The notes beneath the pieces are model-generated. The model searched no databases. It was given only the letters and a program-made list of their open reading frames with translations, and was not told where the DNA came from. From NCBI GenBank assembly GCA_963749705.1, contig CAVVNQ010000002.1:237176-301175 (forward strand): 64,000 nucleotides of DNA, given 5' to 3'. This DNA comes from an uncultured Chloroflexia bacterium (GTDB taxonomy: Bacteria; Chloroflexota; Limnocylindria; Limnocylindrales; CSP1-4). The translations under genes were made by a program, and so were the position numbers. Below are positions 28,040 to 41,565 of the stretch, one piece after another (positions within the stretch are counted from its first letter, which is position 1; the number at the start of each line of letters is the position of its first letter).

Positions 28040-29391
28040 CGCGCATCCCCCTCGGTGGCGAAGCGGACCTCGACGGCGTCGCGATGGGCGAGCAGGCCCT
28101 CGGCCTCGGCGAGCGTCCGGATGGTGGGCCGCAGGGCGGCCAGGCCATCGCGGGTGATCCGCTGGACCTGGTTGTACTTGCCGAACAGCTCGACGCCCAA
28201 CGGCCCGCACGCGCGTGCGAGCCCCCCGGTCGGCAGCACGTGGTTCGCGCCCGACGCGTAGTCTCCGGCGGATTCCGGCGACCAGCGGCCGACGAAGATC
28301 GAGCCGGCGTTGCGGATGTCCGCGACCGCGGCCTCGGCGTCGTCGACCTCGACCGACAGGTGCTCCGGCCCGTACCCGTTGACGAACGCGATGCCGGCCG
28401 CCAGGTCGGCGACCAGCACGATCCGGCCGTGATCCGCGAGGGCACGGGCCAGGATCTCGCGGCGGGCGGCGGTCGCGAGCCGCCGGCGGACCTCCGCCTC
28501 GACGGCATCGGCGAGCGCGACATCCGGCGTCACCAGCAGGGCAGGGGAGTCGACGCCGTGCTCCGCCTGGGTGATCAGGTCGGCCGCCACGATGGTGACG
28601 TCGGCCGATGCGTCGGCCAGCACGAGACCTTCCGATGGACCGGCCGGCAGGTCGATGCCCACCTCGCCCACGACCTCGATCTTGGCCGCCGTGACCCAGG
28701 TGCTGCCCGGCCCGACGATCAGGTCCACGGGCGCCAGATCGACGTCGGGCAGCCCGTAGGCCAGCGCGCCGATCGCCTGGACCCCACCGGCGACGAGCAG
28801 GGCATCCACGCCCAGCAGCCCGGCGGCCCCCAGGAGGACCGGGTGGATCTCGCCGTCGCGATCCGCCGGCGAGGCGACGACGACCGAGCCCACGCCGGCC
28901 ACGCGTGCCGGCACCACGGTCATCAGCAGCGACGAGGGGTAGGGTGCCGAGCCTCCGGGAACGTACGCACCAACCCGCGACACGGGCAGCCACCGCCGCT
29001 CGATGTCGACGCCGGGGAGGATCGAGACCGTCGTGGAGGCCGGCCGCTGGACGACGGCGAACCGCTCCACGTTGGCCGCGGCCAGCTCCAGCGCGGCGCG
29101 CTGGTCGCGACCCAGCCGGTCACGCGCCGCGACCAGGTCCCGGCGTTCGATGACCAGGCGACCATCCGCCCGCCCGCCGCCGAACCGGGTGGATGCCTCG
29201 CGGACGGCGTCGGCGCCGCGTGCGCGCACGTCGGCGAGGATCGTCCGAGCCGCCGTGCGGACCGACGGATCGGGCACGGCGCCGCGCCGGAACAGCGCGT
29301 CCCGGTCGCGGATCGCCGCGTCATCGGGGTCACGAAGGTCGAGCCGGCGGAGCCGGATGTCGGACGCGGTGCCGGGCATCGAGCCGCTCAC
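28036..29391 (-). CDS. hisD: Histidinol dehydrogenase
   Basis: GAYVPGG, GGVQAI, GPGS, LPAGPSE, QAEH, PEHL, GDYASGANHVLPT. Confidence 0.97.
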   Translation of the reverse strand: MSGSMPGTASDIRLRRLDLRDPDDAAIRDRDALFRRGAVPDPSVRTAARTILADVRARGADAVREASTRFGGGRADGRLVIERRDLVAARDRLGRDQRAALELAAANVERFAVVQRPASTTVSILPGVDIERRWLPVSRVGAYVPGGSAPYPSSLLMTVVPARVAGVGSVVVASPADRDGEIHPVLLGAAGLLGVDALLVAGGVQAIGALAYGLPDVDLAPVDLIVGPGSTWVTAAKIEVVGEVGIDLPAGPSEGLVLADASADVTIVAADLITQAEHGVDSPALLVTPDVALADAVEAEVRRRLATAARREILARALADHGRIVLVADLAAGIAFVNGYGPEHLSVEVDDAEAAVADIRNAGSIFVGRWSPESAGDYASGANHVLPTGGLARACGPLGVELFGKYNQVQRITRDGLAALRPTIRTLAEAEGLLAHRDAVEVRFATEGDAR

Positions 29392-30248
29392 GGCAGGATC
29401 TTCTCGATCGGGAGCACCAGGATCCCCGATGCGCCGGCGGTCTTGAGCCTCGGCAGGAGTCCCCATACCTCGTCGGCGCCGACGACCGAGTGGATGGCGA
29501 TCATGCCCGCGTGGGCCAGCGGGATGACGGACGGGGATTCGAGCCCGGGCAGCAGGTCCTCAAGCTCCGCGAGCTTGGTCGAGGGTGCGTTCATCATCAG
29601 GTACTTGCGGCTCCGCGCGGCGATCACGGAACCGAGCATGGTCACGATCGCGTCGAGCTCGCCGGTCCGCTGCTCGAGCGCCGCGGGGCTCGAAACCAGG
29701 ATCGCCTCCGAGGCGAGGATGTCGCCGATGGCGCGCAGCCCGTTCATCGCAAGGGTCGATCCCGTGGACACGAGGTCCACGATCCCGTCAGCGAGCCCCA
29801 GCCTGGGCGCGACCTCGACGGCACCGGACAGCGAGATGACCTCGACCGGGATGCCCCGATCCGCGAAGAAGCGACGCGCCACGTTGGGATGCGAGGTGGC
29901 GACCTTGAGCCCGCTGAGATCCTCGATCGTCCGAGGCGGCGCATCCGCGGCGACCGCCGCCGCAAGCCGGCAGCGTCCATAGCCAAGCTGGCGCAGAGTG
30001 GGCAGCGGCACGCCGCTCTCCGCGAGGATGTCGATCCCGGTGATCCCCGCGTCGGCCACGCCGTCGGCGACGAACTCGACGACGTCGACCGTGCGCACGA
30101 ACAGGATGTCCAGCGGGTGGTTCTGGACCTGCGCGACGAGGTTGCGCTCGTGCTCGTCGAACACCAGCCCGGCGTCGTGGAGCAGGGCCAGGGTGGGCTC
30201 GACCAGGCGTCCCTTGTTGGGAACCGCGAGTCGCAGGCGCTCCCTCAT
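29388..30248 (-). CDS. hisG: ATP phosphoribosyltransferase (long form)
   Basis: LAVPNKGRL, GAVEVAP, DLVSTGSTL and a C-terminal regulatory domain. Confidence 0.97.
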   Translation of the reverse strand: MRERLRLAVPNKGRLVEPTLALLHDAGLVFDEHERNLVAQVQNHPLDILFVRTVDVVEFVADGVADAGITGIDILAESGVPLPTLRQLGYGRCRLAAAVAADAPPRTIEDLSGLKVATSHPNVARRFFADRGIPVEVISLSGAVEVAPRLGLADGIVDLVSTGSTLAMNGLRAIGDILASEAILVSSPAALEQRTGELDAIVTMLGSVIAARSRKYLMMNAPSTKLAELEDLLPGLESPSVIPLAHAGMIAIHSVVGADEVWGLLPRLKTAGASGILVLPIEKILP

Positions 30249-30571
30249 CGTCCTTCACCGGGTGCCGCGCTCGCGGCCTCGCCGGTCTCGCGATAGCGCT
30301 CGAGCATCAGCCGGTAGCCGCCCTCGCCGTGGTTGAGCCAGGAGGCGATGCGCGTGATCGTCGCGGTGCTGGCGCCGGTCCGCTTCGAGATCTCCGCGTA
30401 GTGCATGCCGGCATCGAGCAACCGGACCACCGCCCATCGCTGGGCCATGTCGCGGAGCTCGCCCAGCGTGCACAGGTCGCGCAGGAACCGTTCGGCGTCC
30501 TCGCGCGAGCCGAGGCGCAGCAGGACGTCGATGAGGGCCTCCGTATCCGGGGTGCGCCAGTCGTCGGTCAC
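30245..30571 (-). CDS. YerC/YecD family TrpR-like transcriptional regulator (probable HisR)
   Basis: RFLRDLCTLGEL...QRWAV...Y.EI...TGASTATITR...GEGGY; first gene of the his operon. Confidence 0.9.
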   Translation of the reverse strand: MTDDWRTPDTEALIDVLLRLGSREDAERFLRDLCTLGELRDMAQRWAVVRLLDAGMHYAEISKRTGASTATITRIASWLNHGEGGYRLMLERYRETGEAASAAPGEGR

Positions 30572-30688
30572 GGGCGGGTCCTTCCTTGTCTCAACGCGCG
30601 GGGCATGCGACGCTGGAACCGACGAGGCCGGGGCCGCGCGTGCGGGGCCATCCGGCCGGCCGGGGCGCCGAGAGGCATGATTACGTAG

Positions 30689-30706
30689 TAGCGTGCTACA
30701 ACGCTA
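30689..30706. promoter_or_regulatory. Palindromic candidate HisR operator TAGCGT-GCTACA-ACGCTA
   Basis: Perfect 6-bp inverted repeat in the AT-richer patch between the divergent hisR operon and hisA. Confidence 0.6.
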
Positions 30707-30723
30707 TCAGGAAGGAATGAGGA

Positions 30724-31494
30724 TTGTCAACGTTCGAGCTGCTGCCGGCGATCGACCTGCTCGACGGTCGCGTCGTTCGGCTGCAGCAGGGCGACTTCGC
30801 ACGCGAGACCGCGTACGGCGCGGACCCGCGGGCAACCGCGAGCCGGTTCGCCGATGCCGGGGCGACGTGGATCCACGTGGTCGATCTGGACGGCGCGCGG
30901 GCGGGTGAGCCCCGGCAGCTCGAGCTCGTGGCCGGGATCGTGGCCGAGGTCCAGGGACGTGCCCATGTCGAGCTCGGTGGGGGGCTTCGATCGGCGGCGG
31001 CGGTCGCCGGGGCGTTGGGCACCGGGGTCAGCCGGGTCGCGGTGGGCACGGCGGTGCTGCGCGATCCGGGGTTCGCGACCGAGATCGTCGCGCGTCACGG
31101 GGCCGGGCGGATCGTTGCCTCGATCGATGTCCGCGATGGGCTGGCGCTGGGCGAGGGCTGGCGGACCGGCGCGACGGGTCTGCCGGCGGCGGACGCGATC
31201 GCCATCCTGGCCGATTCCGGCGTGCTCTCGTTCGAGGTCACCGCGATCGAGCGGGACGGACTGCTCGAAGGGCCCGACGTCGGGATGCTGCGGTCCCTGG
31301 TCGCCCTCGATCGCGGCCGGATCATCGCGTCGGGCGGCATCGCGTCCGTCGAGGACGTGCTGGCGATCCAGGCGGCCGGCTGCGCCGGTGCGATCGTGGG
31401 GCGGGCGCTGTACGAGGGGCGGATCGAGCTGCGGGCATTGGTCGAGGCGCTGGTCGCGGGCGGCGGGCAAGGCTCGACGCCGGACCTGGCCTGA
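30724..31494 (+). CDS. hisA: ProFAR isomerase HisA
   Basis: LLPAIDLLDGRVVRLQQG, HVVDLDGA, GGGLR, ERDGLLEGPD, ASGG, GRALYEG. TTG start. Confidence 0.96.
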   Translation: MSTFELLPAIDLLDGRVVRLQQGDFARETAYGADPRATASRFADAGATWIHVVDLDGARAGEPRQLELVAGIVAEVQGRAHVELGGGLRSAAAVAGALGTGVSRVAVGTAVLRDPGFATEIVARHGAGRIVASIDVRDGLALGEGWRTGATGLPAADAIAILADSGVLSFEVTAIERDGLLEGPDVGMLRSLVALDRGRIIASGGIASVEDVLAIQAAGCAGAIVGRALYEGRIELRALVEALVAGGGQGSTPDLA

Positions 31495-31566
31495 GCGCCG
31501 GGCGCGGGCTGAACGGCGGAGACGGGCTCAACGCCGGGCGCGGCGTCCGGCGCCGGGCGGACCCCG

Positions 31567-33645
31567 TCAGTGGCCCTCGGCGAGCTCCTTCCGGTGCGCC
31601 TCGACGATCTTCTCCGCGAGGTACGACGGCACGTCCTCGTAGTGGTCGAGCGTCGCGCTGAAGGTGCCGCGGCCGCCGGTCAGCGAGCGCAGCTCGGTCG
31701 CGTACGAGAACAGCTCCGCTTGGGGCACGTGCGCGGAGATGACCTGGACGCCGTCCGCGGTGTCCAGGCCCAGCACGCGGCCACGCCGGCCGTTGAGGTC
31801 GCGATTGACCTCGCCCATGTACTGCTCGGGGATCCGCACCTCGATGGCCATGATCGGCTCGAGCAGGACCGGATGCGCCTGGCCGACGCCGTCCTTGAGC
31901 GCCATCGAGGCCGCGATCTTGAACGACAGCTCGTTCGAGTCGACCGGGTGGAACGACCCGTCGTAGAGCGTCGCCTTGAAGTCGATCAGCGGGTAGCCGG
32001 CGAACACGCCCTCGGCCGCGGTCTCGCGGATGCCCTTCTCGATGCCGGCGAAGAAGCCCTTGGGCACGGAGCCGCCGACGACGCGGTCGGCGAACTCGAC
32101 GCCGTTGCCCGGGCTGGGCTCGAGCTCGAGCCACACATCCCCGAACATCCCGTGGCCGCCGGTCTGCTTCTTGTACCGGCCGTGGACCTGGGTCTTGCCC
32201 CGGATCGTCTCGCGGTAGGGGACCGTCGGGGTATGGGTCACGATCGCGGCGCCGAACTTGCGCTTGAGCCGCTCGGTGATCACGGCGACGTGCGCCTCGC
32301 CGATCGACCGCAGGATCTGCTCGCCGGTCTCGCTCCGCTCGACCCGCGCCGTGGGCTCCTCCTCGAGCATCCGCTGGAGCGCCGGACCCATCTTGTCGAG
32401 GTCGCCCTTTGACTGCGGCTCGATCGCGACCTGGAGCGTTGGATCGGGGAACGCCATCGGCGGCAGCACCAGCGGGTGGTCCTTCGACGCGAGCGTGTCG
32501 CCGGTCTCGGTGACGCCCAGCTTGGCGACGGCGCCGATCTCGCCGGCCTTGAGCTCTCCCGCAGGCTCCTGCTCCTTGCCGTGGAGGTAGAGGAGCTGCC
32601 CGATCCGCTCGTCGCTGCCCTTGGTGGCGTTGTAGACGCCGCCCTGGCCATGGAGCGTGCCGGACAGGACGCGGAGGTAGGTCAGCCGGCCGACGAACGG
32701 GTCCGCCGCCGTCTTGAACACCCGGACCAGCAGGGGGCCGTCGGCCGACGCCGCGACCTCGACCTCCTTGCCGGCCTTGTCCGTGGCGGCGTACGGGCCC
32801 TCCTCCTCCGGCGACGGCAGGTAGCGGACGATGGCGTCGAGCAGCGCGCCAAGCCCGATGCCCTTGGCGGCCGAGGTCACCAGGACCGGGGCGAGGAGGG
32901 CCTCGCGGACGCCCTTGTGGAGGCACGCGTCGAGCTCCGCGTCGGAGATCTCCTCCTCACCGAGGTACTTCTCGAACACCGCATCGTCCGCCTCGGCCGC
33001 CGCCTCGAGCAGCTGGTCGCGCCGGCGCGCGACCTCGTCGGCGAGCTCGGCCGGGATGTCGATCTGGATCTCGGCACCGTCCTCGAACCGCCAGGCGCGT
33101 CGGTGGACGAGGTCGACGTAGCCGGTGAACGTGTCACCCGCGCCGATGGCCAGGTGGAGCGGGGCGATCTTGTTGCCGAAGGTCGCGCGCAGCTCGTCCA
33201 GCGCACGGCCCGGATCCGCGTTCTCGCGGTCGCACTTGTTGAGCACGAAGCAGGCCGCGGTCCCGGTTGCGCGACCGAGCGCGACCGCGGTCTCGAGACC
33301 GGCCTCGACGCCGCCCGACGCGTCCATCACGAACAGCGCCGCGTCCGCCGCGTGGAACCCCTCGACCATCTCGGCCACGAAGTCCGGGTACCCGGGCGTG
33401 TCGACGACCGTGATCTCGTGGTCGTCGTGGTCGAACGTGCCGACCGCCAGGCTCAGCGTCTGGTGGCGCTTCTGCTCCTCGGGCTCGTGGTCCAGGTGCG
33501 CCGTCCCGTCATCCACCCTGCCCAGCCGCGGGATCGCGCCCGCCCGGAACAGGACCTGCTCGGCCAGCGTCGTCTTGCCGCTGCCGGCATGGCCGGCAAG
33601 CACGACGCTTCGGATATGGGCGAGATCGACGCTCTTCAAGGTCAT
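31567..33645 (-). CDS. Elongation factor G paralogue (EF-G2/EF-G-like)
   Basis: GHAGSGKTT, DTPGYPDF (Tyr in place of the catalytic His), NKCD, KKQTGGHG, GSFHPVDS, LLEP. It is not in an rpsL-rpsG-fusA-tuf context. Confidence 0.92.
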   Translation of the reverse strand: MTLKSVDLAHIRSVVLAGHAGSGKTTLAEQVLFRAGAIPRLGRVDDGTAHLDHEPEEQKRHQTLSLAVGTFDHDDHEITVVDTPGYPDFVAEMVEGFHAADAALFVMDASGGVEAGLETAVALGRATGTAACFVLNKCDRENADPGRALDELRATFGNKIAPLHLAIGAGDTFTGYVDLVHRRAWRFEDGAEIQIDIPAELADEVARRRDQLLEAAAEADDAVFEKYLGEEEISDAELDACLHKGVREALLAPVLVTSAAKGIGLGALLDAIVRYLPSPEEEGPYAATDKAGKEVEVAASADGPLLVRVFKTAADPFVGRLTYLRVLSGTLHGQGGVYNATKGSDERIGQLLYLHGKEQEPAGELKAGEIGAVAKLGVTETGDTLASKDHPLVLPPMAFPDPTLQVAIEPQSKGDLDKMGPALQRMLEEEPTARVERSETGEQILRSIGEAHVAVITERLKRKFGAAIVTHTPTVPYRETIRGKTQVHGRYKKQTGGHGMFGDVWLELEPSPGNGVEFADRVVGGSVPKGFFAGIEKGIRETAAEGVFAGYPLIDFKATLYDGSFHPVDSNELSFKIAASMALKDGVGQAHPVLLEPIMAIEVRIPEQYMGEVNRDLNGRRGRVLGLDTADGVQVISAHVPQAELFSYATELRSLTGGRGTFSATLDHYEDVPSYLAEKIVEAHRKELAEGH

Positions 33646-33820
33646 CGCGCGCGGTTCCTCTCGGTAGGTTCGACCGTCGGACCGGGTGCCCGGCCGCGAC
33701 GGAACGGTGGGCGCAGGATGCGCAGATTGCGACGCCGGGTCCGGACCTGGGGCGCGCAGCGCACCCGCAACCGGGACGGTGGACCCGTCCCAACGATGAT
33801 AGTCGGTATACTCCCGCCCG

Positions 33821-34570
33821 ATGTCCGGACATTCCAAATGGTCCACGATCAAGCGCCAGAAGGGCGTCAACGACTCCAAGCGCAGCGCGATGTTCACCAA
33901 GGTCGCGCGCGAGGTGGCGGTCGCGGCGCGTGCGGGCGGCGGCGACCCCGACGCGAACTACCGGTTGCGGCTCGCGGTCGAGAAGGCGCGCTCGATCAAC
34001 ATGCCGGCCGACAACATCAAGCGGGCGATCGAGAAGGCGACCGGTGGCGGTGACGAGGTCCAGTACGAGGAGATCGTCTACGAGGGCTACGGCCCCGGCG
34101 GCGTGGCGATGCTCGTGGAGGCCGCGACCGACAATCGCAACCGGACCGCGGCCGAGGTGCGCTCGATCTTCGTCAAGGCAGGCGGTCAGCTGGCGGGCAG
34201 CGGGGCGGTCGCCTGGCAGTTCGAGCCACGCGGCCTGGTGACGGTCCCGCGCGACGGGACGGACCCGGACGAGGTCGCCCTGGCGGCGATCGATGCCGGC
34301 GCCGTGGACGTCGATACCGAGGCGGACCCGATCGAGATCTACACCGAGCCGGGCGACCTGGAGCGGATCCGCAAGGCGCTCGAGGAGGGCGGCGTGAGCG
34401 TGGAGGCGGCGGAGACCGCGATGCTCGCCAAGCAGACCGTCAGCCTCGATGCGGATCACGTCCGGAAGGCGCTGCGGCTGGTCGAGCTGCTCGAGGACCT
34501 GGACGACGTGCAGCGGGTCACCGCCAACGTCGACATCCCCGAGGAGCTGATGGCCGAGGTCGCCGGGTGA
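33821..34570 (+). CDS. YebC/PmpR family protein
   Basis: MSGHSKWSTIKRQKG, YEGYGPGG, TDNRNRT, LEDLDDVQ. Confidence 0.97.
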   Translation: MSGHSKWSTIKRQKGVNDSKRSAMFTKVAREVAVAARAGGGDPDANYRLRLAVEKARSINMPADNIKRAIEKATGGGDEVQYEEIVYEGYGPGGVAMLVEAATDNRNRTAAEVRSIFVKAGGQLAGSGAVAWQFEPRGLVTVPRDGTDPDEVALAAIDAGAVDVDTEADPIEIYTEPGDLERIRKALEEGGVSVEAAETAMLAKQTVSLDADHVRKALRLVELLEDLDDVQRVTANVDIPEELMAEVAG

Positions 34571-35238
34571 TCGTCCTCGGGATCGACCCCGGGACCGCCT
34601 CCCTCGGATACGGCATCGTCGAGCGAACCGGGGGCCGGCTGCGCGCCATCGACTACGGCACCCTGACCACCAGCCCCGACCTGCCGCTGCCCGCGCGGCT
34701 GGCACAGATCCACGCGGTCGTGGCCGAGCTGATCGAGACCCACCACCCGGACCTGGTGGGCGTCGAGCGCCTGTTCTTCTCGCGCAACGCCCAGACCGCG
34801 TTCGCCGTCGGGCAGGCGCGCGGCGTGGTCCTGCTGGCCGCCGCGCAGGCGGGGCTCGATGTGCGCGAAGCGACGCCCAGCGAGATCAAGCTCGGCGTCA
34901 CCGGATACGGCAGCGCGGACAAGGGCCAGGTCGCGCGCATGGTCACCGTGATCCTGGAGCTGGCCGAGGTGCCCACCCCGGACGACACCTCCGACGCCCT
35001 CGCGACCGCGATCTGCATCGCCAACCGCGAGCGTCCCGAGGCACGCGGCAACACGGTTGCCGGCAATGCCCGGGCGTCGATCCTGGACCGGGCGGCCGTG
35101 GATCCCATCGCGCGCGGGGAGACACCATACGAGCGGGCGGTCCGCGAGGCTCTGGCACGCGACACCCGATCCGGCTCCGCGACGCGCGGGCGGACGGCCG
35201 GGACGCGCCGCGGCGGGCGCACCGACGTGCGCGGGTGA
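34567..35238 (+). CDS. ruvC: Crossover junction endodeoxyribonuclease RuvC
   Basis: LGIDPG, ERLFF, GQARGV, GYGSADK, DDTSDALA, plus a C-terminal extension. Confidence 0.96.
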   Translation: MIVLGIDPGTASLGYGIVERTGGRLRAIDYGTLTTSPDLPLPARLAQIHAVVAELIETHHPDLVGVERLFFSRNAQTAFAVGQARGVVLLAAAQAGLDVREATPSEIKLGVTGYGSADKGQVARMVTVILELAEVPTPDDTSDALATAICIANRERPEARGNTVAGNARASILDRAAVDPIARGETPYERAVREALARDTRSGSATRGRTAGTRRGGRTDVRG

Positions 35239-35828
35239 TCGCCTCGGTCGAGGGCGTGGTCGGCGCGATCGCCGGTGACTCGCTCGTCATCGAGGTCGGC
35301 GGCATCGGCTACCGGGTGTTCACCGCGCCATCGGTCATCGCCGGCGCCACGCCTGGCGCCCGGCTCAGGCTCCACACGTACCACCTGGTGCGCGAGGACC
35401 AGCAGGCGCTGTTCGGGTTCCGGACGTCCGAGGAGCTGGGCTTCTTCAACCTGCTGCTGACGGTCACCGGCGTCGGTCCCAAGGTCGCCCTCGCGATCGT
35501 CGGCTCGCGCGCGACCGCGGACCTCCAGCTGGCCATCCTCCAGCAGGACCAGGCCGTGCTGGTGTCGATCCCGGGGATCGGCAAGAAGCTGGCCGAGCGG
35601 ATCATCTTCGAGCTCAAGGAGAAGGTGTCCGCGGCGGGCATCGCGGCGGGTACCTCGGCGGCGATGTCGACCGCGTCCGAGGGCGAGGTCGTGGCGGCGC
35701 TCCAGGCGCTCGGCTACTCGCTGGGCGAGGCGCGCGAGGCGTCGCGGCTGGCGGTCAGCGACGCGTCGGTCGGCGCCGGGCTCGAGGAGCGGGTCAAGGC
35801 GGCCCTGCGGACGCTCCTCCGCGACTGA
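35235..35828 (+). CDS. ruvA: Holliday junction branch migration protein RuvA
   Basis: GGIGY, VRED, GVGPK, PGIGKKLAERIIFELK, ALQALGY. Confidence 0.97.
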   Translation: MIASVEGVVGAIAGDSLVIEVGGIGYRVFTAPSVIAGATPGARLRLHTYHLVREDQQALFGFRTSEELGFFNLLLTVTGVGPKVALAIVGSRATADLQLAILQQDQAVLVSIPGIGKKLAERIIFELKEKVSAAGIAAGTSAAMSTASEGEVVAALQALGYSLGEAREASRLAVSDASVGAGLEERVKAALRTLLRD

Positions 35829-35859
35829 CAGCAGCCCGGGGTCCGGGCCGCCCCGCTCG

Positions 35860-37893
<2,034 letters not shown>

Positions 37894-37942
37894 GGGCTGA
37901 TCATGCCATCGGCGAGCACGGCCGGCTGCCGCGGATCAGCGT

Positions 37943-37956
37943 AGAACATCTGTACC
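37943..37956. promoter_or_regulatory. LexA (Cheo-type) SOS box-like AGAAC-ATCT-GTACC upstream of ruvB
   Basis: GAAC-N4-GTAC over the -35 region of the TGcTAGACT promoter. Confidence 0.6.
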
Positions 37957-37987
37957 AATTGGCCGCGATCCTGCTAGACTGCCCGCG

Positions 37988-39061
37988 ATGACCGATGACC
38001 CCATGAGCCTGCTCGCGGCCAGCGCCGCCGACCTCGGCGAGCTCGCGGTCGAGGGCTCGCTGCGACCGCGCACGCTTGACGAGTACATCGGCCAGCGGGA
38101 GGTCAAGGCGAGCCTCTCGGTCCTGCTCCAGGCGGCCAAGGGCAGGGGAGAGGCGGCGGACCACGTCCTGCTCTACGGACCGCCCGGGCTGGGCAAGACC
38201 ACGCTCGCGACGATCATCGCGCGGGAGCTCGGCGTCAACGTCCGGTACACGAGCGGGCCGGCGGTGGAGCGAGCGGGTGACCTGGCCGCGATCCTGACGG
38301 CGCTGGACGAGCGGGACGTCCTGTTCATCGACGAGATCCACCGCCTCAACCGCGCGGTGGAGGAGATCCTGTACCCGGCGATGGAGGACTTCGCCCTGGA
38401 CGTGATGATCGGCAAGGGACCCAGCGCGCGAAGCCTCCGGCTGAGCCTCAAGCCGTTCACGGTCGTCGGGGCGACCACGCGCGCCGGCCGGATCAGCAGC
38501 CCGCTCCGGGACCGGTTCGGCATGACGTACCGGCTCGACTTCTACGCCGAGGACGACCTGACCGCGATCGTCCGCCGGTCGGCCGGGATCCTGGGGGTGG
38601 AGGTGGACGCGGACGCCGCGCGGCTCATCGCGAAGCGCGGTCGCGGGACGCCCCGGATCGTCAACCGGCTGCTGCGCCGGGTGCGGGACCACGCCGAGGT
38701 CAACGGCGATGGACGGGTCCACGAGCAGGCCGTCGCCGAGGCGATGACGATCCTGGACATCGACGAGCTGGGGCTGGACACGACGGACCGCAAGCTGCTC
38801 GCCGCGATCGTCCAGAAGTTCCAGTCGGGGCCCGTCGGGGTCCAGGCGCTGGCCGCGGTGCTGGCCGAGGAGCCGGAGACGATCGAGGACGTGTACGAGC
38901 CGTTCCTGCTCCGGCTCGGCTTCCTGGACCGGACGCCGCAGGGGCGGATCGCCACCGAGGCGGCCAGGACGCACCTGGCGTCGCTGGGGTTCGAGATCCC
39001 GCCGCCGCGTCGCGCCGAGCCGGACATGCCGCCGCTGTGGGACGACGTTCCCACCAGGTGA
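37988..39061 (+). CDS. ruvB: Holliday junction branch migration helicase RuvB
   Basis: [42 protein letters not shown]. Confidence 0.98.
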   Translation: MTDDPMSLLAASAADLGELAVEGSLRPRTLDEYIGQREVKASLSVLLQAAKGRGEAADHVLLYGPPGLGKTTLATIIARELGVNVRYTSGPAVERAGDLAAILTALDERDVLFIDEIHRLNRAVEEILYPAMEDFALDVMIGKGPSARSLRLSLKPFTVVGATTRAGRISSPLRDRFGMTYRLDFYAEDDLTAIVRRSAGILGVEVDADAARLIAKRGRGTPRIVNRLLRRVRDHAEVNGDGRVHEQAVAEAMTILDIDELGLDTTDRKLLAAIVQKFQSGPVGVQALAAVLAEEPETIEDVYEPFLLRLGFLDRTPQGRIATEAARTHLASLGFEIPPPRRAEPDMPPLWDDVPTR

Positions 39062-40218
39062 CCGCCGCCGCCAGCTTCGAGGTCCTCGTCCCGCCGCCCG
39101 CGGATGGTTCGACGCGCGCCCGGCTTGGGCGCCTGACGCTGGCGCACGGCGTCGTCGATACCCCGCAGTTCATGCCCGTCGGCACCAACGCGACCGTCAA
39201 GGCGCTCCACCCGGACGAGGTCGCCGCGGCCGGCGCGACGATCCTCCTGGCCAACACCTACCACCTGTACCTGCGTCCCGGGCACGAGCGGATCGAGCAG
39301 CTCGGCGGCCTCCACGGGTTCATGGGCTGGGACCTCCCCATCCTCACCGATTCGGGCGGCTACCAGGTGGTCTCGCTGGGTGACCTGCGCGTGGTCGACG
39401 ATGACGGGGTGACGTTCAAGAGCCACCTCGACGGGTCGACCCACCGGTTCACGCCCGAGCACTCGATCGCGGTCCAGCAGGCCCTCGGCCCGGACATCGC
39501 CGTCGCCTTCGACCAGCCGGTGTTCCCCAGCTCGCCGCGCGCCGTCGTCGTCGATGCGATGCGCCGGACGCATCGCTGGGCGGAGCGGTCGCTGGCAGCA
39601 CACAGCCGACCGGACCAGGCGCTGTTCGGCATCGTCCAGGGCGGGCTGGATCCCGAGCTCCGCGCCGAGTCCGCCGCGTTCATCTCGGGCCTCCCGTTCG
39701 ACGGCATCAACATCGGCGGGCTGGCCGGCGACGAGACACCGGACGAGCGCAACCTGACGCTGGACGCGACGGTGCCGCTGCTCGACGGTGATCCCCGGCC
39801 GCGCTACCTCATGGGCCTGGGCTCGCCGACGGACCTGCTCGAGGCCGTGCATCGCGGGATCGACCTGTTCGACTCGGTGCTCCCGGCGCGCGTCGCTCGC
39901 AACGGCCAGCTGTGGGTCCCGGGCGGACGCCTCAACCTCCGCAACGAGCAGTTCCGCGACGATCCGCGGCCGGTCCAGGAGGACTGTCCATGCCCCCTGT
40001 GCATCCGGTTCTCGCGTGCCTACCTGAGCCACCTGTTCCGGGCCCGGGAGCTGCTGGCGTACCGGCTGGCAACTTGTCACAACCTGACCTTCACCCTAGA
40101 CTTCATGCACAGGATCCGGGCCGCGCTGCGCGCCGGAACGTTCCCCGTCGAGATGCCGATGCTGCGCGAACGCGCCGTTCGGATGAGTCGCGGGGAAGGC
40201 GCCGCGAAGCCCGCGTGA
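39058..40218 (+). CDS. tgt: tRNA-guanine transglycosylase
   Basis: [41 protein letters not shown]...HN. Confidence 0.97.
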   Translation: MTAAASFEVLVPPPADGSTRARLGRLTLAHGVVDTPQFMPVGTNATVKALHPDEVAAAGATILLANTYHLYLRPGHERIEQLGGLHGFMGWDLPILTDSGGYQVVSLGDLRVVDDDGVTFKSHLDGSTHRFTPEHSIAVQQALGPDIAVAFDQPVFPSSPRAVVVDAMRRTHRWAERSLAAHSRPDQALFGIVQGGLDPELRAESAAFISGLPFDGINIGGLAGDETPDERNLTLDATVPLLDGDPRPRYLMGLGSPTDLLEAVHRGIDLFDSVLPARVARNGQLWVPGGRLNLRNEQFRDDPRPVQEDCPCPLCIRFSRAYLSHLFRARELLAYRLATCHNLTFTLDFMHRIRAALRAGTFPVEMPMLRERAVRMSRGEGAAKPA

Positions 40219-40257
40219 AGTCAGTGTCCGTATCGTCAGTGCACGTGGAGGCGAGCG

Positions 40258-40419
40258 ATGGGTTCACGAGACCGCCCCGCGAAGGAAGTCAAGAAGAAGC
40301 CCAAGGACAAGTCCGCCCAGGCCAAGCTCACGCCGTTGTCGGAGGCGCCACAGCAGGTGGAGGTCATCCGGAAGCAGCGCAAGCCGCGGTGGGACGAGCA
40401 GGAGTCCGGCGAGGGCTGA
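40258..40419 (+). CDS. Small Lys-rich hypothetical protein (53 aa; absent from the ORF track)
   Basis: SD GGAGG, then [53 protein letters not shown], with host-like G/C third codon positions. Confidence 0.7.
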   Translation: MGSRDRPAKEVKKKPKDKSAQAKLTPLSEAPQQVEVIRKQRKPRWDEQESGEG

Positions 40420-40489
40420 CGCGCCGGGCGGGCGGGGACCGGGTCCCGCTCCCTCGGGTCGGCTCAAGCCGCCAGGAGCGAGGACAGGG

Positions 40490-41557
<1,068 letters not shown>

Positions 41558-41565
41558 GCCGCACG

